Made by a program: the position numbers and the translations under genes. A stretch of DNA of 64,000 nt, taken from the NCBI GenBank assembly GCA_001767855.1, contig MEMF01000002.1, forward strand, positions 808,893 through 872,892, given 5' to 3'. Positions 10,258 to 20,704 of the stretch are shown piece by piece. A model generated the notes under the pieces. The model did no database searches. It worked only from the letters and a program-made list of their open reading frames with translations, and was not told where the DNA came from. Each line of letters starts with the position of its first letter. The first letter of the stretch is position 1. The DNA comes from Alphaproteobacteria bacterium RIFCSPHIGHO2_01_FULL_41_14 (GTDB lineage: Bacteria > Pseudomonadota > Alphaproteobacteria > UBA7879 > UBA5542).

Positions 10258-11730
10258 ATGACATCTCTTTTAAAATTAGACTTTCATCTTCTGCGCCAAA
10301 AATTGAAAAGCCGCGAGATTTCTGTGGCCGAAGTCATTGATACATATATCCGTCAGGCCAAAGAAACCTCCCCTATCAATGCCTACATCTTGGATACCTT
10401 TGACCAAGCCCGTATCCAGGCTGACCTTGCTGACAGACGCTATGTCCAAGGCACTGCCCGCGCGCTCGAAGGCCTGCCGCTCGCCATCAAAGACATTTTT
10501 TGCACCAAGAATATTCGCACCACCTGCGCCTCCCGGATCTTGGAAAATTTTGTGCCCCCGTATGAGTCCACCGTCACCCAAAAGCTGAATGAGGCGGGCG
10601 CTATTTCCCTGGGAAAAACCAACCTCGATGAGTTCGCTATGGGATCTTCCACCCTGACCAGCGTGTTTGGACCGAGTATCAACCCTTTAAAACGCCTGAA
10701 TGATCCAACGAATCTCACCCCGGGTGGCTCTTCCGGAGGGTCCAGTGCTTCTGTTGCCGCTGGCTCTTCTTTGGCCGCTCTCGGCACAGACACGGGTGGA
10801 TCCATCCGTCAACCAGCCAGCCACTGTGGTGTTGTGGGCATCAAGCCCACATATGGGCTCTGTTCACGTTATGGAATCATCGCCTTCGCGTCGTCCCTCG
10901 ATCATGCCGGCGTTCTCACCCGTTCCGTTCGAGATGCCGCCTTGGTGCTGGAACACATGGCGGGACACGATCCAAAAGACTCAACCTCCATCAATCTCCC
11001 CGTTCCTCCTTACGAAAAATTCCTGAGTGGTAAGGTGAAAGGCCTTAAGATTGGCATCCCCAAGGAATACAACTTGCCCGGTCTTCATTCGGATATCGCG
11101 CGTCTGTGGCAACAGTCTGCTGCCTGGTTTAAGGAAATGGGCGCCGAAATTATAAATGTCTCTTTGCCTCACACCGAGTATGGGCTGCCGGTTTACTATA
11201 TTGTGAACCCCTCTGAAGCCTCTTCTAACCTCGCACGGTATGATGGCGTTCGATATGGCCTCAGAGTAGAAGGCGGATCCCTCGAAGAAATGTATGAAAA
11301 AACCCGCACCGCTGGTTTTGGGGACGAGGTCAAACGTCGCATCCTCATCGGCACGCACGCGTTGTCAGCCGGGTGTTATGAAGACTACTACCTCCGCGCC
11401 CAAAAAGTACGCCGGAAAATTGTGAATGACTTTACTGACGTCTTCGCAAAGGTCGATTTTATTTTGACCCCCACCACCGCGGGGGATGCCTTTGCGCTTA
11501 ACGATCCCTCCATGGATCCCATCGCCATGTATCTGGAAGATGTCTTTACCGTGGCCGCTAACTTGGCGGGGATCCCCGGCATTTCAGTACCCGTGGGTCT
11601 CTCTCATCAAGGGCTTCCCCTGGGCATGCAGCTTTTAGGCCCCATGCTCAGCGAGGATCGGCTTCTCAATGCGGCGTTTGCCTTAGAAACCGCCGCTCAG
11701 TTCAAACATCCCATCATTGAGGCTTTCTAA
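10258..11730 (+). CDS. gatA: Glu-tRNA(Gln) amidotransferase subunit A
   Basis: amidase signature GGSSGGSSASVAAG; 490 aa. Confidence 0.95.
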   Translation: MTSLLKLDFHLLRQKLKSREISVAEVIDTYIRQAKETSPINAYILDTFDQARIQADLADRRYVQGTARALEGLPLAIKDIFCTKNIRTTCASRILENFVPPYESTVTQKLNEAGAISLGKTNLDEFAMGSSTLTSVFGPSINPLKRLNDPTNLTPGGSSGGSSASVAAGSSLAALGTDTGGSIRQPASHCGVVGIKPTYGLCSRYGIIAFASSLDHAGVLTRSVRDAALVLEHMAGHDPKDSTSINLPVPPYEKFLSGKVKGLKIGIPKEYNLPGLHSDIARLWQQSAAWFKEMGAEIINVSLPHTEYGLPVYYIVNPSEASSNLARYDGVRYGLRVEGGSLEEMYEKTRTAGFGDEVKRRILIGTHALSAGCYEDYYLRAQKVRRKIVNDFTDVFAKVDFILTPTTAGDAFALNDPSMDPIAMYLEDVFTVAANLAGIPGISVPVGLSHQGLPLGMQLLGPMLSEDRLLNAAFALETAAQFKHPIIEAF

Positions 11731-13223
11731 TGTCGAAAAATTATTGGCTCCATACAGACTCTGGTCCTTGGAATGTGGTGATTGGTCTCGAAGTTCATGC
11801 CCAAGTGACGTCCGCCTCCAAGCTGTTCTCCAGCGCCCCCACTTCCTTTGCGGCAGATCCCAACAGCAAAGTCTCTCTGGTGGACGCAGCCCTTCCCGGC
11901 ATGCTGCCTGTGCTCAACAAAAAATGTATCGAGCAAGCGGTGAAAACGGGATTCGGTATCAATGCCAAAATTAATAAATTTTCCATGTTCGATCGGAAAA
12001 ACTATTTTTACGCTGACCTCCCCCAGGGGTATCAGATTAGTCAGCTCTATCACCCCATTATCGGAGAAGGTTTCCTCGATCTTGATCTTCAAGACGGTAC
12101 GTCACATCATGTGCGCATCGAGCGCATCCATTTAGAGCAAGATGCCGGGAAAAGCATCCACGATTTGCATCCCAAAAAAACTTGCATTGATCTCAATCGC
12201 TCGGGTACCGCCCTTATGGAAATCGTAACCTTTCCCGATATGAATACCCCCGAACAAGCTATGGCCTTTATAAAAAAACTACGCCTTATTTTGCGTTATC
12301 TTGGCACCAGCGATGGCAATATGGACGAAGGCAGCCTGCGCGCAGACGTGAATGTATCTGTCAACCGCCCGGGCGAATCATGGGGCTGTCGAGCTGAGGT
12401 CAAAAACGTCAACTCCATTCGCTATATTGGACACGCCATCGAGCACGAAGCCCGCCGCCAAGTAGAAATTTTGGAAAACGGCGGGACGCTCACGCAAGAA
12501 ACCCGTCTCTATGACCCGAACCGAGGCGAGACGCGGTCCATGCGTTCGAAAGAAACTGCCATGGATTACCGTTATTTCCCAGATCCCGATCTGTTGCCCC
12601 TCATTTTGACGGATGAGTATCTTGAGGGTATTAAAAGAAACCTCCCTGAATTGCCCGACCAGAAAAAAGAGCGGTTCATGAAAAAGTATGGCCTCACCCC
12701 CTATGACGCCGACCTTCTCATCGAAGATAAGGATGTGGCCAATTTTTATGAAAAGGCCGTGTCTGAGACGGACGGATGGAAATCCAACAAGAATCCAGCC
12801 ACCGCCAAACTGATCTCTAACTGGCTCTCAGGAGATTTTTTTGCGCTGATGAATAAGGAAAATAAATCCATTCATGACGTGCCCGTCTCGGCGGAGCATT
12901 TGGCCGAGCTCGTTAACCTGATTCAAAAAGATGTGATTTCCGGGCGCATCGCCAAGGAAGTGTTCACTGACGCGTGGACCTCCAGTAAATCCCCCAAGGC
13001 CATTGTATCTGAAAAAGGATTGGAACAAATCACAGATACCGGCGCTCTTGAACAAATCATTCAAACTGTGTTAGAAAACAACCCCGACATGGTGACTCAG
13101 TACAAATCGGGAAAAGACAAGCTGTTTGTCTTCTTCGTGGGTCAAGTAATGAAAGAAACAAAAGGGAAGGCAAATCCCGCTGCCGTGAATGATCTTTTAA
13201 ACAAAAAATTGTCCACGAACTAG
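11730..13223 (+). CDS. gatB: Asp-tRNA(Asn)/Glu-tRNA(Gln) amidotransferase subunit B
   Basis: GatB N-terminal WNVVIGLEVHAQV and C-terminal YqeY-like domain; 497 aa; start overlaps gatA stop. Confidence 0.95.
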   Translation: MSKNYWLHTDSGPWNVVIGLEVHAQVTSASKLFSSAPTSFAADPNSKVSLVDAALPGMLPVLNKKCIEQAVKTGFGINAKINKFSMFDRKNYFYADLPQGYQISQLYHPIIGEGFLDLDLQDGTSHHVRIERIHLEQDAGKSIHDLHPKKTCIDLNRSGTALMEIVTFPDMNTPEQAMAFIKKLRLILRYLGTSDGNMDEGSLRADVNVSVNRPGESWGCRAEVKNVNSIRYIGHAIEHEARRQVEILENGGTLTQETRLYDPNRGETRSMRSKETAMDYRYFPDPDLLPLILTDEYLEGIKRNLPELPDQKKERFMKKYGLTPYDADLLIEDKDVANFYEKAVSETDGWKSNKNPATAKLISNWLSGDFFALMNKENKSIHDVPVSAEHLAELVNLIQKDVISGRIAKEVFTDAWTSSKSPKAIVSEKGLEQITDTGALEQIIQTVLENNPDMVTQYKSGKDKLFVFFVGQVMKETKGKANPAAVNDLLNKKLSTN

Positions 13224-13271
13224 CGGGGGCTAGTCTTCTGGGCTATCCTATGGAATAATAAGAGTCCAAAA

Positions 13272-14285
13272 ATGTTGATCAAAGAAAAAACAAATCTCGG
13301 GACAACGTCTCGCGTAAACAACCAATCCAAGCAGCAGCTGCTGGCCTTGTATGAGACCATGTTGCTCATTCGTCGGTTTGAGGAAAAAGCAGGCCAACTC
13401 TATGGCATGGGGCTGATCGCTGGATTCTGCCATCTCTACATCGGCCAGGAGGCCGTAGTGGTGGGCGTCCAGTCTATGCAAGAAAAGGACGACACCGTTT
13501 TAACGGCCTATCGTGACCACGGCCATATGCTCGCGTGTGGCATACCGGCTAATGGGATCATGGCCGAGCTCACTGGTCGCATCGGCGGCGTTTCAAAGGG
13601 CAAGGGTGGCTCCATGCACATGTTCAGCCGGGAAAAAAATTTTTTCGGGGGGCATGGTATCGTGGGCGCGCAGGTTCCCCTCGGCACTGGCATGGCCTTC
13701 GCTCATAAATACAAAAACACAAAAGCCGTCTCTGTTACCTATATGGGAGATGGCGCCGCCAACCAGGGGCAAGTGGCTGAATCTTATAATATGGCGGCTC
13801 TCTGGAAACTGCCCGTGCTCTATATCGTCGAGAATAACCAATATGCCATGGGTACGTCCATCGCGAGGCACGCCCCCAACCAAGACTTCTATAAACGGGG
13901 TGAGCCTTACGGTATTCCGGGCGAAAAGGTGGATGGGATGGATATTTTTGTGGTCCAACGTGCCGCCAAAAAAGCCTTCGCGCATATTCGTTCAGGAAAA
14001 GGCCCCTATATATTACAAATGGAAACCTATCGCTATCGAGGCCACTCCATGTCTGACCCCGCCAAGTATCGCAGTAAAGAAGAGGTGGAGGGGTACAAAA
14101 CCTCCAATGACCCCCTTACCAACATGGAAGCTGTTTTGATAGAAGAAAAAATCTGCACCGCCGTTCAGCTCGATCAGATTGCCGATCGCGTGAAAGACAT
14201 TATCAAAGAATGTGCCGAGTTTGCCCAAACCTCTCCTGAGCCCGAGGCCAGCGAACTTTACACCGATATCCTCACAGGAAATTAA
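13272..14285 (+). CDS. pdhA: pyruvate dehydrogenase E1 component alpha subunit
   Basis: TPP-binding motif GDGAANQG and the phospho-loop region [11 protein letters not shown]; 337 aa. Confidence 0.9.
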   Translation: MLIKEKTNLGTTSRVNNQSKQQLLALYETMLLIRRFEEKAGQLYGMGLIAGFCHLYIGQEAVVVGVQSMQEKDDTVLTAYRDHGHMLACGIPANGIMAELTGRIGGVSKGKGGSMHMFSREKNFFGGHGIVGAQVPLGTGMAFAHKYKNTKAVSVTYMGDGAANQGQVAESYNMAALWKLPVLYIVENNQYAMGTSIARHAPNQDFYKRGEPYGIPGEKVDGMDIFVVQRAAKKAFAHIRSGKGPYILQMETYRYRGHSMSDPAKYRSKEEVEGYKTSNDPLTNMEAVLIEEKICTAVQLDQIADRVKDIIKECAEFAQTSPEPEASELYTDILTGN

Positions 14286-14295
14286 GGAATATCCC

Positions 14296-15273
14296 ATGCC
14301 CATACTCTCTGTTCGTGAAGCCCTTTGTGAAGCCATGGTCGAAGAAATGCGCCAGGACCCTTCTGTCTTCATCCTGGGGGAAGAAGTGGCTGAATACCAA
14401 GGCGCCTACAAGGTTACCCAAGGATTGCTGCAAGAATTTGGCGCCGCGCGCGTGGTGGATACCCCCATCACCGAGCATGGCTTTGCCGGCCTTGGCGTGG
14501 GGGCTGCTTTCATGGGGCTGAAGCCCATCGTGGAGTTCATGACTTTTAACTTTGCTATGCAAGCCATGGACCAAATCGTTAATTCCGCCGCCAAAACTCT
14601 CTATATGTCTGGTGGACAAATGGGCTGCCCCATTGTATTCCGTGGCCCCAATGGGCCTGCCTCTCGGGTAGGGGCCCAACACTCCCAATGCTATTCCAGC
14701 TGGTACAGCCATTGTCCGGGGTTAAAAGTGGTGGCACCCTATGATGCAGCAGATGCCAAAGGCCTCTTGAAATCCGCCATTCGCGACCCCAATCCCATCA
14801 TCTTTTTAGAGAACGAGCTTCTCTATGGTCAAAAGTTTGACGTGCCCGACGGCGACCACACCGTTCCCCTCGGCAAAGGAAAAATCGTCCGCCAGGGACG
14901 CGACGTCACCATCACCGCCTTCTCGCTCATGGTGGGCAAAGCACTCCAAGCCGCCGAAATTTTAGCTGAACAAGGTATTGACGCCGAGGTGATTGACCTC
15001 CGTACGCTCCGCCCTCTCGACACAGATCTGATTGTGGACTCCGTCACCAAAACAAACCGGCTCGTTTCAGTGGAAGAAAGTTGGCCCACCTGTGGACTTG
15101 GCGCCGAAATCGCCTCACAGATGATGGAGCATGCCTTTGATCTGCTCGATGCGCCCGTCCTCCGCGTCTCGGCCAAAGATGTGCCCCTGCCCTATGCCGC
15201 CAATCTGGAAAAATTGGCCTTGCCCCAGGTGGCCGATATTGTTGAAGCGGTGAAGAAGGTAACGTATAAATAA
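14296..15273 (+). CDS. pdhB: pyruvate dehydrogenase E1 component beta subunit
   Basis: transketolase-like beta subunit ([13 protein letters not shown]..., [10 protein letters not shown]); start placed at the internal ATG at 14296, which follows a GGAAT spacer after the pdhA stop. The track ORF from 14212 overlaps pdhA. Confidence 0.85.
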   Translation: MPILSVREALCEAMVEEMRQDPSVFILGEEVAEYQGAYKVTQGLLQEFGAARVVDTPITEHGFAGLGVGAAFMGLKPIVEFMTFNFAMQAMDQIVNSAAKTLYMSGGQMGCPIVFRGPNGPASRVGAQHSQCYSSWYSHCPGLKVVAPYDAADAKGLLKSAIRDPNPIIFLENELLYGQKFDVPDGDHTVPLGKGKIVRQGRDVTITAFSLMVGKALQAAEILAEQGIDAEVIDLRTLRPLDTDLIVDSVTKTNRLVSVEESWPTCGLGAEIASQMMEHAFDLLDAPVLRVSAKDVPLPYAANLEKLALPQVADIVEAVKKVTYK

Positions 15274-15294
15274 TTAAAATCGGAGGTTTTTCCT

Positions 15295-16518
15295 ATGCCT
15301 ATTGAAATTCTCATGCCCGCCTTGTCGCCCACTATGACCGAGGGAAACCTCGTCAAATGGCATAAAAAAGAGGGAGACAAAGTGTCTGCCGGGGATGTGG
15401 TTGCCGAGATTGAAACAGACAAGGCCACCATGGAAGTAGAAGCGGTGGATGAGGGCACGCTCGGAAAAATTTTGATCCCCGAGGGCACCGAGAATGTAAA
15501 GGTCAACAGCCCCATCGCCCTTATCCTTGAAAAGGGTGAAGATAAGAAAGTCCTTGAAAATTATAAAGCGCCTACGCCGGCCGCTGCCCAAAAAGAAGAA
15601 CCCGTCTCAGCTCCCGTTCCCACAATGGCCAGCCCCGCCCCCACCATAGTGCTCTCCACCGGGCGGATTGTGGCGTCTCCCTTGGCCAAGCGTTTGGCCA
15701 CCGAAAAGAACATTGATCTCCGCCAAGTCCAAGGATCTGGCCCCCATGGCCGCATCGTCAAGCAAGACATTGACACCTTTGTCCCTGGCTCTGCTGCCCG
15801 GGGTCATGCCCTGCCTACACACACTGGCCCTCTTTATCAGGATAAACCCGTCTCCAATATGCGCCGTGTGATCGCGCAGCGCCTCACCGAATCCAAGCAA
15901 ACGGTGCCCCACTTTTATCTCACGCTGGATTGTGAGATTGATGCCTTACTCGCCGCCCGCCAATCCATCAACAGCCACTTCAACGTGAAAGTCACGGTGA
16001 ACGACTTTGTCCTCAAAGCTGTGGCGCTCGCGCTGCAAGATGTACCCGATGCGAATGCCTCGTGGAGAGGCGAAACCATTCGCTATTACACCACGTCCGA
16101 TATTTCGGTGGCGGTCGCCATTGAAGACGGACTTATCACCCCCATCGTGAAAATGGCCAACTTCAAATCGCTCCTCACCATTTCTGAGGAAGTAAAAACC
16201 TTGGTGCAAAAAGCCAAAGAAGGTCGTCTCAAACCCGAAGAATTCCAAGGTGGGTCGTTCAGTGTCTCTAACCTTGGCATGTTTGGCATCAAACAATTCG
16301 AAGCCATCATCAACCCGCCCCAAGGATGTATTCTAGCCGTAGGCGCGGGCGAGAAGCGCCCTGTGGTGAAAGAGGGTGGGCTCGCCGTTGCCACCGTCAT
16401 GACGTGCTCCCTCTCTGTGGATCACCGCGTGGTGGATGGCAGCGTGGGCAGCAAGCTGTTGCAAGCGTTCAAGAAATACATTGAAAACCCAGCCTTACTT
16501 TTGGTGGGAGGAGCTTGA
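15295..16518 (+). CDS. pdhC: dihydrolipoamide acetyltransferase (PDH E2)
   Basis: lipoyl domain EIETDKATMEVEA, E3-binding domain, catalytic DHRVVDG motif; 407 aa. Confidence 0.9.
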   Translation: MPIEILMPALSPTMTEGNLVKWHKKEGDKVSAGDVVAEIETDKATMEVEAVDEGTLGKILIPEGTENVKVNSPIALILEKGEDKKVLENYKAPTPAAAQKEEPVSAPVPTMASPAPTIVLSTGRIVASPLAKRLATEKNIDLRQVQGSGPHGRIVKQDIDTFVPGSAARGHALPTHTGPLYQDKPVSNMRRVIAQRLTESKQTVPHFYLTLDCEIDALLAARQSINSHFNVKVTVNDFVLKAVALALQDVPDANASWRGETIRYYTTSDISVAVAIEDGLITPIVKMANFKSLLTISEEVKTLVQKAKEGRLKPEEFQGGSFSVSNLGMFGIKQFEAIINPPQGCILAVGAGEKRPVVKEGGLAVATVMTCSLSVDHRVVDGSVGSKLLQAFKKYIENPALLLVGGA

Positions 16519-16521
16519 GCC

Positions 16522-17916
16522 ATGTCACAATCCTATGATCTCATCGTTATCGGCGGCGGCCCTGGAGGGTATGTGGCGGCCATTCGGGCAGCACAACTGG
16601 GTCTTAAAACAGCCGTGGTGGAGCAAGAAAAATTAGGCGGCGTGTGCCTCAACTGGGGATGTATTCCCACCAAAGCTTTGCTACGCTCCGCTGAGATTTA
16701 TCACCTGATGCATCGATTGGACGAGTTTGGCCTCTCAGCCTCGTCCATTAAATTTGACATTAAAAAAATCGTGGACCGCTCGCGTAAAGTGTCGCAACAG
16801 CTCTCTACCGGCATCAGTCATTTGATGAAAAAGAACAAGGTGACTGTCATCACGGGTCACGGTAAATTGCTGGGACAAAACCGGGTGAAAGTCACCCACG
16901 GTAAAGAGACCCAAGTTCTCACCGCCCCTCATATCATCCTGGCCACTGGCGCGCGCCCTCGCCTATTCCCAGGTCTCGAAGCCGACGGCCAGTTGATTTG
17001 GACCTCCAAAGAAGCCATGGTTCCTGAGAAAATGCCCAAGAGTCTCTTGATCATCGGATCGGGTGCCATTGGGGTGGAGTTTGCGAGTTTTTATGCCACC
17101 CTCGGCTCAGAGGTCACCCTCGTGGAAATTCAAGATCGTATCCTCCCCGTGGAAGATGCAGAAATCTCAGCCGTTGCGCATAAGGACTTCACCAAACAGG
17201 GCATCAAAATCCACACCAGCACCAATGTGAAGAGCTTGGAAAAAGAAAAAAATGCGGTCAAAGTCACCTTGAACCATAAGGACAGATCCTCGACCCTCAC
17301 CGTTGATCGCGTGATTGTGGCGACCGGCATTGTTGGTAACACGGAAAACCTGGGGCTTGAAAAAACACGGATCAAAGTTGAGAATAACCAAATAAAAACC
17401 AACGAATGGTGCCTGACCGACGAACCCGGCGTTTACGCCATCGGAGACGTGGCCGGTGCCCCCTGGCTCGCCCACAAAGCCAGTCATGAAGCCATCATTT
17501 GCGTAGAAAAAATCGCGAACAGCCCCACCGCCCATCCGCTGAATAAACTCAATATCCCCGGCTGCACGTATTCTTTACCTCAAATTGCCAGTGTCGGCCT
17601 CACCGAAGCCGCCGCTTTGCACAAAGGTTACAAAATACGGGTGGGCCGTTTTCCCTATAGGGGGAACGGAAAAGCCGTTGCGTTAGGCGAAGCAGAGGGC
17701 CTTATCAAAACCATTTTTGATGAAAAAACAGGCGAGCTGTTGGGCGCGCATATGATTGGGTCTGAGGTCACCGAACTCATCCAAGGATACGTCATTGGGA
17801 AAACCCTCGAGACCACCGAACTTGACCTGATAAACACCGTATTCCCTCATCCCACCCTCTCAGAAATGATGCACGAGGCGGTGTTGGATGCCTACGGAAA
17901 AGCGATTCATTTTTAG
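16522..17916 (+). CDS. lpdA: dihydrolipoyl dehydrogenase (E3)
   Basis: FAD-binding GGGPGGY, redox-active CLNWGCIPTK, C-terminal HPTLSE interface motif. Confidence 0.9.
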   Translation: MSQSYDLIVIGGGPGGYVAAIRAAQLGLKTAVVEQEKLGGVCLNWGCIPTKALLRSAEIYHLMHRLDEFGLSASSIKFDIKKIVDRSRKVSQQLSTGISHLMKKNKVTVITGHGKLLGQNRVKVTHGKETQVLTAPHIILATGARPRLFPGLEADGQLIWTSKEAMVPEKMPKSLLIIGSGAIGVEFASFYATLGSEVTLVEIQDRILPVEDAEISAVAHKDFTKQGIKIHTSTNVKSLEKEKNAVKVTLNHKDRSSTLTVDRVIVATGIVGNTENLGLEKTRIKVENNQIKTNEWCLTDEPGVYAIGDVAGAPWLAHKASHEAIICVEKIANSPTAHPLNKLNIPGCTYSLPQIASVGLTEAAALHKGYKIRVGRFPYRGNGKAVALGEAEGLIKTIFDEKTGELLGAHMIGSEVTELIQGYVIGKTLETTELDLINTVFPHPTLSEMMHEAVLDAYGKAIHF

Positions 17917-17925
17917 AAAATTCCC

Positions 17926-18810
17926 ATGACAGAAAAACTGCCCAAACCCTCTTGGCTCAAGGTGAAAGCTCCCGTCTCTCCTCAATATCACGCCACGCGT
18001 GAGCTGATTCGGGGCGCCAGGCTCAACACCGTCTGTGAAGAAGCCGCCTGTCCCAACATTGGGGAGTGCTGGGCCAAGCAACATGCCACTATCATGATTT
18101 TGGGCAGCGTTTGTACCCGAGCGTGCGCTTTTTGTAATATTAAAACGGGCCGACCCGATCTCTTGGACCCGCACGAGCCCGAGCGCGTGGCTGAGGCTCT
18201 TCAAAAACTAAACCTCGCCCATGTGGTGATTACCTCTGTTGATCGGGATGATTTGCCAGATGGGGGGGCTGAGCATTTCGCCCAAACCATAGCGGCTATT
18301 CGCAAAACATCCCCTCATACCACCATTGAAATTTTGACGCCTGATTTTTTGCGCAAACCTGGCGCCCTCGAAATTGTGGTGGCCGCCAAGCCCGACGTGT
18401 ATAACCACAATCTTGAAACAGTCCCCCGGCTTTATGCCACCGTGCGTCCTGGCGCCCGATATTTTCATTCGCTGAATTTACTCCATCGCGTGAAGCAGCT
18501 TGACCCCACCCTCTTCACCAAGTCGGGCATCATGGTGGGCCTTGGGGAAGAAAGGGGGGAGATCTATCAGGTGATGGATGACCTCCGTGCCGCAGACGTG
18601 GATTTCATGACCATCGGTCAATATTTGCAGCCCACCCCCAAACATCACCCGTTGATGCGTTATGCTACGCCCGAAGAGTTTGCCGACTACGAGAAAATGG
18701 CTCGTGGAAAAGGGTTTCATATGGTCTCCGCCTCCCCCCTCACGCGCTCGTCTTACCATGCGGGAGAAGATTTTGAAAAGCTGAAAGCTGCGAGGATGAA
18801 GGCAGTCTGA
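17926..18810 (+). CDS. lipA: lipoyl synthase
   Basis: [12 protein letters not shown] and radical-SAM CTRACAFC clusters. Confidence 0.95.
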   Translation: MTEKLPKPSWLKVKAPVSPQYHATRELIRGARLNTVCEEAACPNIGECWAKQHATIMILGSVCTRACAFCNIKTGRPDLLDPHEPERVAEALQKLNLAHVVITSVDRDDLPDGGAEHFAQTIAAIRKTSPHTTIEILTPDFLRKPGALEIVVAAKPDVYNHNLETVPRLYATVRPGARYFHSLNLLHRVKQLDPTLFTKSGIMVGLGEERGEIYQVMDDLRAADVDFMTIGQYLQPTPKHHPLMRYATPEEFADYEKMARGKGFHMVSASPLTRSSYHAGEDFEKLKAARMKAV

Positions 18811-18834
18811 GCCCTCTTCCCCCACTGGAGCCGT

Positions 18835-19170
18835 TTATTCAGGCCCTCTTTTCTGATCTTCTAATCCTTCTAAGGCAGCTTTTTTTATTCCCAAAGCAAT
18901 ATATTTACAAAGGGCCATCCTGTGTCTGACGCGTAAGAGATCTATTTCTTCGCGTGGTCTACGAGCAACCTTAGCTGCGTCTAAGTCTTTTCCCGTTTGA
19001 ATCATACAGTTTTGGGCGTCTGTTTTGTCTCTATCTGAGGGAGGAGACACTTTCCTTCGGCCATTATTATGATTGGGATCATCCTCACCAGGCCCCCCTA
19101 GAGCGGTATGGCCAAGACTAAGCGTAAAGGATAACATGAGTCCTAAAGTTGTTATTCTGCCTATATTCAT
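18835..19170 (-). CDS. hypothetical small secreted protein (N-terminal signal peptide)
   Basis: 111-aa ORF with hydrophobic N-terminus MNIGRITTLGLMLSFTLSLGHTA followed by a charged domain; no recognisable family. Confidence 0.4.
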   Translation of the reverse strand: MNIGRITTLGLMLSFTLSLGHTALGGPGEDDPNHNNGRRKVSPPSDRDKTDAQNCMIQTGKDLDAAKVARRPREEIDLLRVRHRMALCKYIALGIKKAALEGLEDQKRGPE

Positions 19171-19298
19171 TTGGTTTTCCTCCTGATCATTCTCTCCTAA
19201 CTTATGCTGATAGGGTTTTTCTGTACAGACAAAAATGAGGAACTACTGACCACTAGAGAAAAAATAATAACCTGGTTCCCTATAGTTGGACCACCTCA

Positions 19299-19389
19299 CC
19301 CTTGTTTTTACATAAATTAATTCTTATATAAATCAACAGAGTATACAAAGATACTCAAAAGTAATTGATTTGAATAAAGGATTTAAACG
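19299..19389 (+). promoter_or_regulatory. conserved 5' leader / putative promoter region, copy 1 of a duplicated upstream segment (second copy at 20603-20704)
   Basis: about 90 bp upstream of the first F-box/LRR gene is near-identical to the region upstream of the second paralog (cttgtttttacataaatt[a/g]attcttatataaatcaacagagta[t/c]acaaag ... tgaataaaggatttaaacgATG). Confidence 0.45.
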
Positions 19390-20583
19390 ATGTTTGGCCG
19401 TTTCTTAAAATTATCCCAGATCGCCTTTTTTGTGGGCATGATCTTCTCGTTCCACAGCGAGGCAGCCACTGGGGGAACACCGCTCGACGATGACCAACAG
19501 TCTGAGGCGTCTTCAATGGCTCTTGTGTCTTCCCAAGGACAACCGGCACAAGCACATTTGCCTGTTGAGTTAATCGGTGAGATAGCCCAGTTTTTGGACC
19601 CGCAAGACTGCAAAAATCTACGGTTAACGTGTCTGGCCCTTGCTCATCACATCAATCTCCCGAATATAAAGATAACCCCTCAGAAATTTAATGCGGAAGG
19701 ATTTCCACCTACTCATTTGATTACTGCAAAGACAAAAGTTATTCTCCATGATTGGAGACAGTTCCCCGCTCAACAGCACGAAGCAATTTTGGGCCAGCTT
19801 ACAGCCTTACCGCACTTGCACAAATTGGATTTGAGCCGCAATGACCTTGGTGCTGTGGGCGCTCGACATCTGGTTCCTACCCTTTCACAATTGACGCACT
19901 TGCGCATCTTGAATTTAGGATACAATAGGATTGGTGCCGAGGACGCTCAACATTTGGCCTCCATCTTCCCACAGCTTCCACACTTGCGCATCTTGGATTT
20001 GGCTGGCAATGACCTTGGCCCCGAAGGGGCTCAACATTTGGCCTCCATCTTCCCACAGCTTCCACACTTGCGCATCTTGGATTTGGCTGGCAATGACCTT
20101 GGCCCTGAGGGGGCTCGACATCTGGCCTCCACCCTCCCCCAATTGACGCACTTGCAGTTCTTGTATCTGGGCAGCAATGACCTTGGCGCCGAGGGGGCTC
20201 GACATCTGGCCTCTACCCTCTCCCAGTTGACGCATTTGCACAGCTTGAATTTGTGCTTCAATGACATTGGTGCCGAGGGAGCTCGACACCTGGCCTCTGC
20301 CCTCCCCCAATTAACGCAATTGCAGTTCTTGTATCTGAGGAGCAATAATCTTGGCGTCGAGGGAACTCAACATCTGGCCACCACCCTCCCCCAATTGACG
20401 CACTTGCACAGCTTGAATTTGAGCAGCAATAACCTTGGCTCCGACGGCATCCAACATCTGGTTCCTGCCCTCCCCCAGTTGACGCACTTGCGCAGCTTGG
20501 ACTTGGGCCACAATGACCTTGACTTTGAGACGATCCAACACCTGTTTCCTATCTTCCCACAGGGGACACACGTGGTCTTCTAA
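19390..20583 (+). CDS. eukaryote-like F-box domain + leucine-rich repeat (ribonuclease-inhibitor-type, 28-aa LRR) protein; putative secreted effector
   Basis: residues ~57-90 LPVELIGEIAQFLDPQDCKNLRLTCLALAHHI match the F-box consensus (LPxEllxxIlxxLdxxdlxxlrlVcxxW); they are followed by about ten 28-aa repeats of form LxxLxxLxxLdLxxNxlGxeGaxhLas. Confidence 0.75.
   Translation: MFGRFLKLSQIAFFVGMIFSFHSEAATGGTPLDDDQQSEASSMALVSSQGQPAQAHLPVELIGEIAQFLDPQDCKNLRLTCLALAHHINLPNIKITPQKFNAEGFPPTHLITAKTKVILHDWRQFPAQQHEAILGQLTALPHLHKLDLSRNDLGAVGARHLVPTLSQLTHLRILNLGYNRIGAEDAQHLASIFPQLPHLRILDLAGNDLGPEGAQHLASIFPQLPHLRILDLAGNDLGPEGARHLASTLPQLTHLQFLYLGSNDLGAEGARHLASTLSQLTHLHSLNLCFNDIGAEGARHLASALPQLTQLQFLYLRSNNLGVEGTQHLATTLPQLTHLHSLNLSSNNLGSDGIQHLVPALPQLTHLRSLDLGHNDLDFETIQHLFPIFPQGTHVVF
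19945..20112 (+). repeat. perfect tandem duplication of one 84-bp LRR-coding unit inside the F-box/LRR gene
   Basis: 19945-20021 is identical to 20029-20105 (77/77), and the full 84-bp periods differ at only 2 positions; further diverged 84-bp units follow. Confidence 0.9.
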
Positions 20584-20602
20584 TAGGGGGAAGTTCTCTA
20601 TA

Positions 20603-20704
20603 CCCCTTGTTTTTACATAAATTGATTCTTATATAAATCAACAGAGTACACAAAGGCATTCAAATCATAGAATGAGTGTTTTATTTGAATAAAGGATTTA
20701 AACG
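20603..20704 (+). promoter_or_regulatory. conserved 5' leader / putative promoter region, copy 2 (see 19299-19389)
   Basis: near-identical to the sequence upstream of the first F-box/LRR gene, including the RBS context aaaggatttaaacgATG. Confidence 0.45.

Noticed and set aside
14212-14295. Upstream extension of pdhB (track ORF starts at 14212, overlapping pdhA by 74 bp)
   Set aside because: The extension translates to a Pro/Ser-rich non-conserved peptide in the pdhA 3' end. The conserved E1-beta N-terminus begins at the ATG at 14296, just after the pdhA stop.
122-18810. Numerous 60-150 aa antisense or out-of-frame ORFs inside parC, spoT, gatA/B, pdh genes etc. (e.g. 452-841, 7177-7569, 10440-10805, 13593-13985, 15607-15912)
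   Set aside because: They are fully embedded in strongly supported conserved genes on the opposite strand or another frame. This is typical spurious-ORF behaviour in ~50% GC DNA.
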